From Mycolicibacterium senegalense (GTDB lineage: Bacteria > Actinomycetota > Actinomycetes > Mycobacteriales > Mycobacteriaceae), in contig NZ_CP081000.1 of assembly GCF_019645875.1 (NCBI RefSeq), positions 4,810,417-4,834,416 of the forward strand: a stretch of DNA of 24,000 nt, given 5' to 3'. The translations under genes and the position numbers were made by a program. Below, piece by piece: positions 1 through 7,051 of the stretch. The notes under the pieces are model-generated. The model did not search any database, was not told the origin of the DNA, and saw nothing but the letters and a program-made list of their open reading frames with translations. How positions within the stretch are numbered: the first letter of the stretch is position 1; each line of letters begins with the position of its first letter.

Positions 1-1
1 C

Positions 2-835
2 GCGTCGTCGGTGATCGGCTTCCTCGGCGTGATCGCATCGGCGTTCTCGCCGGACTTCATCTTCAAGTTCCTGCTGGATTCCAGCGGCGCGGTGATCCTG
101 TTCGTCTACCTGCTGATCGCGATCTCGCAGATCGTGCTGCGGTACCGGGCGCCGGCCGGAACGCTCAAAGTGAAGATGTGGCTGTTCCCGGTGCTGTCCA
201 TCCTCACTGCGGCAGCCATCTTCGCGATCCTGGTGCAGATGTTCGTGCAGGGCGGCGACAACCGGAAAGCACTGACCATGAGTCTGTTGTCGTGGGCCGT
301 GGTGATCATCCTGTTCCTGGCCAACCGCTGGTTCATCGGGCACCGTCCCGAACCGCCCGAGGTCACTGCGGCGGCCGGATCCGCACCGCCGCACCGCGTG
401 CTGGTGCTGGCCAATCAGACGGTGGAATCCGCCGAACTGCTCGACGAGCTGCGCCGAATCGGCGCGGACCGCGACACCGTCTATCAGGTGGTGGTGCCCG
501 CCAGCCCGATCGACACCGGGGTGGCCGCCACCCACGGTCCGCTCGACATCTCCGAAGCCACCGCCCGCGCTGCGCAACAGCGCCTCGACCAGACGCTGGA
601 AACCCTGCGTTCCGAGCAGTTGCAGGCCGACGGCGAGCTGGGTGACTACCGGCCGCTGCGTGCCCTGGCCCATGCCGTCGAGACGTTCCGGCCCGATCAG
701 ATCGTGATTTCGACGCTGCCGCCGGAGGAATCGGTGTGGCACCGGTTCGATGTCGTCGACCGGGCCCGTGCTGACTATCAGATTCCGGTGACGCATGTGG
801 TGTCACGAGTGCGTACCCAGGAGCACGCGTCGTGA
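2..835 (+). CDS. Amino-acid permease (APC-type), 3' portion only, with a ~150-aa soluble C-terminal USP-like extension. The 5' end lies outside the window.
   Basis: The frame is open from the window edge, so the M at 11 in the ORF track is internal. There are three hydrophobic helices (FKFLLDSSGAVILFVYLLIAISQIVLRYR, LFPVLSILTAAAIFAILVQMF, LLSWAVVIILFLANRWF) typical of the last TM segments of amino-acid permeases. They are followed by a soluble tail (HRVLVLANQTVESAELLDEL ... IVISTLPPEESVWHRF ... PVTHVV). The stop at 833-835 overlaps the next start. Confidence 0.7.
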   Translation, partial: ASSVIGFLGVIASAFSPDFIFKFLLDSSGAVILFVYLLIAISQIVLRYRAPAGTLKVKMWLFPVLSILTAAAIFAILVQMFVQGGDNRKALTMSLLSWAVVIILFLANRWFIGHRPEPPEVTAAAGSAPPHRVLVLANQTVESAELLDELRRIGADRDTVYQVVVPASPIDTGVAATHGPLDISEATARAAQQRLDQTLETLRSEQLQADGELGDYRPLRALAHAVETFRPDQIVISTLPPEESVWHRFDVVDRARADYQIPVTHVVSRVRTQEHAS

Positions 836-1719
836 CGATCCTGGCCGCGTTCAGCGCCAGTCGGCACAGCAGCGCACCGCTGAATCTGGCCGTCCAGCTC
901 GCCCGGACCACCGGCGAGCAGGTGATCGCCGCGGCCGTCGTGGAGCGGTCATGGCCACCGCGCGACGACCCGGTGGAGAGCGAGTACGTGGCCTACGTCC
1001 GGGCGCAGGCCACGCAGGCGTTGCAGCGCGCCGTTGCGGTGCTGCCCGTCGACCTGGACGTGACCTCCGTGGTTCACGAATCCACCTCGATACCAACCGG
1101 TTTGATCGAGCTCGCAGACGCCCACCGAGTGACGTTGGTAACGGTTGGCTCGTCGTCGTCGGGGATGATCGGCCGGGTCACCCTGGGCAGCGTGACCGAG
1201 CGTCTGGTGCACACCGCCCGGGTGCCGGTGGCCTTCGCCCCGCGCGGCTACGCCCAGACCGATGGGCGCATCCGTCGGCTCACCGCGGCCTACGGGGGCG
1301 AAGCCGACGTCAACGGGCTCATCCCGGCCACCGCGCAGATGGCGGAATCGTGGAAAGCCCGGCTGCGCATCGTCTCGTTCACCGTCCGCAACACCGCAGC
1401 CTTCGCCGGCACCATCGAAACCTCGGCCGAGGAGTTGGTGGTGCAACAGTGGTCGCGGCGGACGATCGCCGAGATAACCAAGCAGCTCAACACTATTCGT
1501 GACCAGATCACCGTTCCCGATGTCGATGTGGTGGTCGGCGCCGGCCACGACTGGAATGCCGCGGTACAGAGCATCGGATGGGAAGCCGGAGACATGCTGG
1601 TGCTCGGCTCCGGAGCGGCCGCCCCGAGCGCTCAGGTGTTCCTCGGTTCGGCGGCCGGCAAGATCCTGCGCCGGTCGCCGGTGCCGGTGATGATCGCGCC
1701 GCGATACCAGCGGGGCTAG
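832..1719 (+). CDS. Universal stress protein family, tandem USP domains (295 aa)
   Basis: There are two USP-like halves (ILAAFSAS...TLVTVGSSSSGMIGRVTLGSVTERLVHTARVPVAFAPRGY and ...DMLVLGSGAAAPSAQVFLGSAAGKILRRSPVPVMIAPR). The GTG start at 832 overlaps the upstream TGA (GTGA at 832-835). Third-position GC is high. Confidence 0.8.
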   Translation: MTILAAFSASRHSSAPLNLAVQLARTTGEQVIAAAVVERSWPPRDDPVESEYVAYVRAQATQALQRAVAVLPVDLDVTSVVHESTSIPTGLIELADAHRVTLVTVGSSSSGMIGRVTLGSVTERLVHTARVPVAFAPRGYAQTDGRIRRLTAAYGGEADVNGLIPATAQMAESWKARLRIVSFTVRNTAAFAGTIETSAEELVVQQWSRRTIAEITKQLNTIRDQITVPDVDVVVGAGHDWNAAVQSIGWEAGDMLVLGSGAAAPSAQVFLGSAAGKILRRSPVPVMIAPRYQRG

Positions 1720-1836
1720 GCGCCTGTATTTGCATCTTGAAACGCTTATCGCCGTTTCCCCAGGCAGAGAATGTGCCAGCGCAGCGGCCTGTTTGATTTG
1801 AATGCATATCGGCAGGTGCGCTTCTACTATCTCGCC

Positions 1837-2841
1837 ATGCCGCATCACCGTCGCCGCACCCCAAGCGACCTGCCGGGGCTCGATCTCGCCGAACAGCGGT
1901 CCTGGCAGAACTACCTGGAGGCCGCACTTCGGTTCGAAACGGAGACAAATCGGCGACTCGCCAACGCACACCAGCTATCGGTCCTCGATCTGCGCGTGCT
2001 CGACGCACTCCGGAAATCCGACGGCGCCTTCGTCCGCATGGGCGACCTGGCGGCCGCCACCGGCGCACTGCCTGGCCACCTGACCAAACGAGTCCAGGGG
2101 CTGGAGAAACGCCTACTGGTACGCCGCGAGCGATGCACCCAGGATCGGCGGTCAGTATTGGCCACGATCACCGACCGGGGCAATGAGACCGCGAGTCACG
2201 CCATCGCGACCTACGCAGAATGTGTGAAGCGGGAGTTGGTCGACTCGCTGTCGCGCACACAGCTGGCCGCGATTGAGGTGAACTGCCGACGGATCTCCCA
2301 GGGACTGAACACCCACACAACCGAGCGGGCGGCGAAACTAGTCGCATGCCGTCTGCCAGGGCTCGATGACGGCGAGACACGGTGCTGGCGAGCGTTCTTC
2401 GAGTCCAGCACCGGACTGGTGGCCCGGCTCAACCGCACCCTGACCAAGACGCTGAATCTCAACTTGGTCGATGTTTTCCTGCTCGACATGCTGTCCAAAT
2501 CCGAAGCCGGCGCGGTGCGCATGACAGACCTGGCCCACGCGTTCGACCTGGCACCCAGCCGGGTGACCCAGCAGATCGACCGTCTGGAGACACACGGCCT
2601 GGCCGGCCGTGTGCTGAGCCCCACCGACCGACGAGTGGTGCTCGCTACCGTCACCGACGCCGCGCTTGCCCGCCTGGAGCTCGCGCTGTTCCACTATGCC
2701 AAGGAGATTCGCAAGCATTACCTCGATCCGATGTCGCGCCAGCAGATGATCGCGCTGGGCGACGCCTGCCGTCGGATCACTACACCATCGAATGCCATTG
2801 AAGCCCAACGCAATTGGACTTCTGACACCTCACGCCAGTAG
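1837..2841 (+). CDS. MarR-family transcriptional regulator with two complete MarR/wHTH domains in one polypeptide
   Basis: The two halves are internally homologous: LSVLDLRVLDALRKSDGAFVRMGDLAAATGALPGHLTKRVQGLEKRLLVRRERCTQDRRSVLATITDRG and LNLVDVFLLDMLSKSEAGAVRMTDLAHAFDLAPSRVTQQIDRLETHGLAGRVLSPTDRRVVLATVTDAA. The start is uncertain. I chose ATG 1837 (MPHHRRR...); the ORF track starts at 1771. Confidence 0.78.
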   Translation: MPHHRRRTPSDLPGLDLAEQRSWQNYLEAALRFETETNRRLANAHQLSVLDLRVLDALRKSDGAFVRMGDLAAATGALPGHLTKRVQGLEKRLLVRRERCTQDRRSVLATITDRGNETASHAIATYAECVKRELVDSLSRTQLAAIEVNCRRISQGLNTHTTERAAKLVACRLPGLDDGETRCWRAFFESSTGLVARLNRTLTKTLNLNLVDVFLLDMLSKSEAGAVRMTDLAHAFDLAPSRVTQQIDRLETHGLAGRVLSPTDRRVVLATVTDAALARLELALFHYAKEIRKHYLDPMSRQQMIALGDACRRITTPSNAIEAQRNWTSDTSRQ

Positions 2842-3186
2842 GCGTGACGGCCGATAATCGACCTACCGATAAGCCGTCGTTTCCACCCACCCCCGCTACG
2901 GGCCAACCAATTTCCAGGCCTACGCCGCAGCCGGGTTGGTCCTTCATGAACGTGTTTCATTTTCCAACTGAAAAATTTCCGATCGAGTAGTTCAACCGAT
3001 TTGCGACATTTGCCATAAAGGTAAACTTCCGCCCCCTTCCAGCATGGTTGCGGATTGTACAAATAACCCAGCGCATGCAGACGTCATCTTTCTCGGTCGA
3101 TGATCACGAATAGGCCTCCTCATTCAGGTTTTTCTCAGTTAATTTCATCGCTCGTCAGTGTGGCCATCTCACAGCAAAGGAAACCA

Positions 3187-4427
3187 ATGCAGCTCTCGTT
3201 ACAGCCATTCACCACGGCTGGCATAGCGCTCGTGGGGGCGAGCGCCATCGCTCTGTCACCCTCGCGCCCCCACCGGTCACCGCATCGGCGACGACGGCAG
3301 TTTCGACTGCTGCGGTGCAGCTTTCGGCAGCTGTCGATCCCTTGACCCGTTGGGGACAGGTCGCTAGCTCCACGGCTACCAATATCGAAGGAATCGCTGG
3401 CCATTGGCTCAATAACCCTCTGCCCCTAGAGCGTCAGATAGCGGCCAATCTGCAAACCTATGCCAACGACGTCATCGCTGGCCTAACCAACACCTTGCCG
3501 TACGTGCAAACTTGGGCCACGTCAGTCATGCCGCAGGCACTCGAGACGGCGTTCGCTCAGATCCAGGCAGGCGAGCCCGATGTGGCCGCTAGCACCATTT
3601 CCGTTGCGATCGGCAGTGTGATCTTCGCCGCGATGCCACTATCCAGCTTGCTCGGAATCCCGCGCTACATGGTTGATCACTTCGGCGTGGCTGTTAAAGA
3701 AGTACTCAGCGTCCAGACCATGCTTACTGTGATCACAGCGCTGAATGGAGCGTTGAGCAGGTCCATTAACGCGATCGGGGTAGGCGCTCGTGCGGCGCTT
3801 GACGCCTCCAACGCTGGCGATCCGCTTGCGGCGCTTACCTCCATAGCCAATATCCCAGCTGAAATCACTGATGCGATCCTCAACAGTAACAGCGGGCTAC
3901 TGAACTACCGCAAGTCGGCAAGTGGGACTGTAAATGGAGGGATCATCACACAACTCCTACTAAAGACGCCCGAGCGCATAGCCGCTGCGATCAAACTTCC
4001 CACTGCACTCACTGCCGCGCCGATGGTCGAAACACTGCCTGCCGAATCGGCCTCAATGGCTGAGCCGGTAGCCATCGGTCAGACGACGGTAGATTCTTCC
4101 GAACTCGCCAATCCTGAATCTACGCCGGCGGAGCTCGATGCCACTGCGGAGGCGCACGCCAGTTCTACTGACGCCACCGATCTTTCGGCAACCGACAAGC
4201 TCGAGGCCAGCGCCACGAAAACGCCTTCCGCGCAGCGTGTCAAGACCTCTCTACGAAACGCCGCCGACAAGGTCGGCAAGGACATCAAGAAGCTGAGCAC
4301 CGGCATCGAGAAGTCTGTCAAGAAGGTGAGCGACAACATCGCCAAGGCCGGCAAGAAAAAGACGGCAGGCGGGAGCGCCAGCAGCGCAAGCGCATCGGAC
4401 AAAGCAGGCACCGACAGCGACGACTGA
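3187..4427 (+). pseudogene. Frameshifted gene for a signal-anchored/secreted envelope protein with a Lys/Ser-rich C-terminal tail. The N-terminus is in frame 1 (3187-3345) and the body is in frame 3 (to 4427).
   Basis: ATG 3187 follows a strong SD (AAAGGAA, 3177-3183) and encodes MQLSLQPFTTAGIALVGASAIALSP, then degenerates into an Arg-rich stretch and stops at 3345. Frame 3 is open from 3114 but has no ATG/GTG/TTG before the GTG at 3315, which has no SD. The frame 3 translation across the junction (..APPPVTASATTAVSTAAVQLSAAVDPLTRW..) reads as a natural continuation. A C5 run at 3267-3271 is a plausible indel site. Confidence 0.55.
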
Positions 4428-4557
4428 TCCGCTCACGCAAGGTGGCCCGCGTCTCGACCGGATGCGAGCCACTGTCCTGTCAGCCGCGCTTACACTTAGG
4501 ATTGCGGTCACTATTGAGCAGGAATCCTAGGTTTAGAGCGCGGCACCGGCGCCGTGC

Positions 4558-5301
4558 CTAGCAGTTACCCAACACCGCCTCCATGGCGTGCTTCTCTTTC
4601 GCCGAGACCCACAGCCCATAGACGGTTTTCACCTCGACCTGACGGGCCACGAACTCACACCGGAATGCCAGGTTGGGCGGCAACCAGCTGGCCGCGTCGC
4701 GAAAGGCCTTGTCGAAGTTGGGTTGCGCGGCCACCGCGATCAGATTGCGCGGATCGTTGGCGAAGTCCATGCGCCGCTGCGGGTCCCAGGCACGCGCGCC
4801 CTTGTACCAGGCATCGGACAACGACACCAGGTGGTCGATTTGCACCGCGCCGGAGGTGTCTGGCCCACGGGTGAACGGGATCTCGACGCCGGAGTACGGG
4901 TCGTGCAGCACGCCGGCAGCGGCGTAGCAGGTGCCGGGCCGGACGGTCAACTGGGCCAGGTCTCGGCGCAGGATGTCGTCGCGGGTGTTGCAGCCGTTGT
5001 GGCCGAACTCGACGTTGACGTCGTCGCTCCAGGCCTCGCCGAAGCGGAACCGGGCATAGTCGGTGTGGCGGTCCCAGCCTTTGACCGGCAACCCCGCCAA
5101 CAGCATGCGGGCGTGATCGAAGCCGGGAGTGCGCTGCGACGGCACCGGAGGCTGAGCTGACGGCTGGGAGACCGAACCGCGTTCCCGCGTACGGGCCACC
5201 ACAAGCACGGCCGCCACCGCCAGGACTATCGCCACCAAGACCACTACCGCTAACCTTCCGGTGCGCCGGCGCCGGCGCACCGCGGGAATGACATGGCCCA
5301 C
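4558..5301 (-). CDS. Membrane-anchored/secreted HNH (His-Me finger) nuclease, DUF1524 family
   Basis: There is an Arg-rich N-terminus plus a TM helix (RRRRRTGRLAVVVLVAIVLAVAAVLVVA) and a Pro/Gln linker. The domain carries FGHNGCNTRDDILRRDL, VQIDHLVSLSDAW, NDPRNLIAV and NFDKAFRD motifs, which I recognise as typical of DUF1524 extracellular nucleases. GTG start at 5301. Confidence 0.75.
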   Translation of the reverse strand: MGHVIPAVRRRRRTGRLAVVVLVAIVLAVAAVLVVARTRERGSVSQPSAQPPVPSQRTPGFDHARMLLAGLPVKGWDRHTDYARFRFGEAWSDDVNVEFGHNGCNTRDDILRRDLAQLTVRPGTCYAAAGVLHDPYSGVEIPFTRGPDTSGAVQIDHLVSLSDAWYKGARAWDPQRRMDFANDPRNLIAVAAQPNFDKAFRDAASWLPPNLAFRCEFVARQVEVKTVYGLWVSAKEKHAMEAVLGNC

Positions 5302-5310
5302 GTAGCGGTT

Positions 5311-5337
5311 CTAGCACTTGAGCCGGTAGAGTGCTAA
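5311..5337 (+). promoter_or_regulatory. CIRCE element (HrcA operator)
   Basis: The site reads CTAGCACTT-gagccggta-GAGTGCTAA against the consensus TTAGCACTC-N9-GAGTGCTAA. The right arm is perfect, the left arm has 2 mismatches and the spacer is exactly 9 nt. It lies 28 nt upstream of the 5365 start. A TAGAGT (-10-like, TANNNT) hexamer spans the spacer/right-arm junction. Confidence 0.8.
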
Positions 5338-5364
5338 CAAGTTTGACCAACTCGGAGGGTTTTC

Positions 5365-5697
5365 GTGCCTACCTATTCCTACGCATGCACTGAGTGCGGC
5401 AATCGGTTCGATGCGGTGCAGGCCTTCAGCGACGACGCGCTGACCACCTGCCCCAAGTGCTCCGGCAAGCTGCGGAAGCTCTTTGGGTCCGTCGGAGTGG
5501 TGTTCAAGGGCAGCGGCTTCTACCGCACCGACAACCGCGAGTCGGGCAAGAGCTCATCGAACGGCTCGTCCGCCAAGAGCTCGGACAGCTCGTCATCGAG
5601 CTCGTCGTCCGACTCGTCTTCGTCAAGCACTTCCTCTTCGTCGAGCAGCTCGTCGAGCAGCTCCAGCGCCGCCCCCGCCGCGGCCGCATCGAGCTAG
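5365..5697 (+). CDS. ruc: FmdB-family zinc-ribbon protein with a Ser-rich disordered C-terminus (Rv0991c/Ruc-like redox chaperone)
   Basis: MPTYSYACTECGNRFDAVQAFSDDALTTCPKCSGKLRKLFGSVGVVFKGSGFYRTD carries CxxC...CxxC and is followed by a poly-Ser tail. At 110 aa it matches my recollection of Rv0991c. GTG start with a GGAGGG SD at 5353-5358. Confidence 0.9.
   Translation: MPTYSYACTECGNRFDAVQAFSDDALTTCPKCSGKLRKLFGSVGVVFKGSGFYRTDNRESGKSSSNGSSAKSSDSSSSSSSSDSSSSSTSSSSSSSSSSSSAAPAAAASS
5551..5667 (+). repeat. In-frame Ser-codon (TCG/AGC) low-complexity tract containing a perfect 12-bp tandem duplication
   Basis: 32 of 39 codons encode Ser. The unit cgtcgagcagct occurs twice back to back (5639-5650 and 5651-5662). 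Confidence 0.85.
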
Positions 5698-5766
5698 CCC
5701 GGAAGTTATCCACAGGGCGGCGAAGACGCCGTTCTCACCCGGCCGTCGCGCACTTACCGTTGCGCC

Positions 5767-6426
5767 ATGGCCGAATCTCTCAATGCGCCAGCTTGGCGCC
5801 GGCTGACGGCTGCGCGGCCCGATTGGACCCGCACGGTCGCGGCCCGTCGCGCAGCCGCCGCCGGGCTGGTCATATTGGCGGCCATCGCAGCCTTGCGCTC
5901 CGACCCCCACGGCGATTACGCCGAGATCGCGGTCGCGAGCCACGACCTGTCCCCCGGCGTCGCATTGACCGCTGCGGACGTGCACCTCGACCGCCGCAGC
6001 ACGGACACCCTGCCCGACGGCGCCCAGCGTGATCTCACCCCGGTGATCGGTGCGACGCTGACCGCGCCGGTGCGCCGCGGCGAGGTCCTCACCGATGTCC
6101 GGTTGCTGGGGTCACGGCTGGCCGAATCGGCGGCGGGCCCGGACGCGCGGATCGTGCCGGTCAAACTCAGCGACACCGCACTGCTCGATCTGATCCGTCC
6201 CGGCGATGTGGTCGACGTGCTGACGGTGACGGGCGAGCAGGACGACAAGCAGCAGGCCCGGCCGGTCGTGGTGGCCTCCGGGGCAGTGGTGGTGCTGGTA
6301 TCGGAGAAGGCCCGCGGGGCGGGAGTGGGCACCGAGCGCGTGGCCCTGGTGGCGTTACCTGCGCGGGCAGCAAATGAGGTCGCGGCGGTCAGCCTGGTCC
6401 AGGCCGTCACGCTGACGATTCATTGA
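5767..6426 (+). CDS. SAF-domain protein (CpaB/RcpC-like N-terminal domain; Rv0990c-like)
   Basis: There is an N-terminal TM segment (AAAAGLVILAAIAAL) and a SAF-like segment IAVASHDLSPGVALTAADVHL...VIGATLTAPVRRGEVLTDVRLLG. It sits directly downstream of the ruc-like gene, as in M. tuberculosis. Confidence 0.78.
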   Translation: MAESLNAPAWRRLTAARPDWTRTVAARRAAAAGLVILAAIAALRSDPHGDYAEIAVASHDLSPGVALTAADVHLDRRSTDTLPDGAQRDLTPVIGATLTAPVRRGEVLTDVRLLGSRLAESAAGPDARIVPVKLSDTALLDLIRPGDVVDVLTVTGEQDDKQQARPVVVASGAVVVLVSEKARGAGVGTERVALVALPARAANEVAAVSLVQAVTLTIH

Positions 6427-6561
6427 TCCGGAATTCCCCTGTCCAACAAGGTAATTGACGTTCCGTCAAGTTGTTGACCAACATCCCCCAGCCGTTCGGC
6501 CAACTCGGTTACTGTTTGCTTGTCCCACCCAACACACCACACTGCAGGAAGGGTCCGCAGC

Positions 6562-7029
6562 ATGTTGAAGGGCTTCAAAGAGTTTCTTTCTCGCGGCAAC
6601 GTCATCGATCTCGCGGTTGCTGTGGTCATCGGCGCCGCCTTCACCGGCTTGGTCACGTCATTCACAGAGAAGGTGATCCAGCCGCTGGTCGATCGCGTCG
6701 GCGCCGGCGGCGACCGCGAATACGGCATCCTCAAGATCTCGCTGGGCGGCGATCCCGAGCAGTTCGTCGACTTCAACGCCGTCCTGTCGGCGTTCATCAA
6801 CTTCCTGATCGTCGCCGCCGTGATCTACTTCGTCATCGTTCTGCCGTACAAGAAGCTGCGTGAGCGCGGCGAGGTCGAACAGGCCCAGGACACCGAGCTC
6901 AGCATCCTGACCGAGATCCGCGACCTACTGGCCGAGAACGGCAGCGTCGACACCGGTAAGCACGTGACCGGTCCCGGCACCGGCCCCAGCCCGGACACCG
7001 CCAAGCACACCAGTGCCGATCGCTCGTGA
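6562..7029 (+). CDS. mscL: Large-conductance mechanosensitive channel MscL
   Basis: MLKGFKEFLSRGNVIDLAVAVVIGAAFTGLV... is the canonical MscL N-terminus. ATG 6562 follows an AGGAAGGG SD (6546-6553). The ORF-track start at 6520 is too far upstream. Confidence 0.93.
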   Translation: MLKGFKEFLSRGNVIDLAVAVVIGAAFTGLVTSFTEKVIQPLVDRVGAGGDREYGILKISLGGDPEQFVDFNAVLSAFINFLIVAAVIYFVIVLPYKKLRERGEVEQAQDTELSILTEIRDLLAENGSVDTGKHVTGPGTGPSPDTAKHTSADRS

Positions 7030-7051
7030 CGGCTCCTCGCGTACATAAAAA

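Noticed and set aside
949-1971. Long ORFs on the opposite strand or in alternative frames of well-supported genes. Examples are 949..1971(-), 9278..10516(+), 10438..11997(+), 11945..12859(+), 13303..15060(-), 18486..19613(-), 19415..20554(-), 21231..22073(+) and 21770..22390(-).
   Set aside because: These are typical shadow ORFs of a high-GC genome. Their translations are Arg/Pro/Gly/Ala-rich with no recognisable motifs, and each is fully overlapped by a gene with clear family signatures and the expected third-position GC bias.
3133-3158. TCTCAG and GTCAG motifs upstream of the 3187 start that resemble the MprA-box cores seen near mprA and pepD.
   Set aside because: The CAG cores are 20 bp apart rather than 11 or 22, the intervening 8-mer does not match, and there is no 8-3-8 structure. 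This is too weak to call.
3100-3186. The upstream extension of the 3187 ORF to the ATG at 3100 (MITNRPPHSGFSQLISSLVSVAISQQRKP...).
   Set aside because: There is no SD at 3100, the region is AT-rich and promoter-like, and the internal ATG 3187 has a strong SD and begins the hydrophobic signal-anchor.
3728-3737. A 10-bp perfect palindrome, TGTGATCACA, resembling CRP half-sites.
   Set aside because: The half-sites abut with no N6 spacer, and the palindrome lies inside the coding body of the 3315-4427 frame. It is most likely coincidental.
5706-5714. A perfect E. coli-type DnaA box, TTATCCACA, between the ruc-like and SAF-domain genes.
   Set aside because: It is a single isolated copy with no cluster of boxes, no AT-rich unwinding element and no dnaA/dnaN context. 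One 9-mer hit in 24 kb on two strands is not improbable by chance.
6455-6469. The palindrome TTGACG-ttc-CGTCAA, followed by a second TTGACC, upstream of mscL.
   Set aside because: The arms are short (6 bp). It could be a weak hairpin after the SAF gene or -35-like hexamers of the mscL promoter. I cannot tell these apart from sequence alone.
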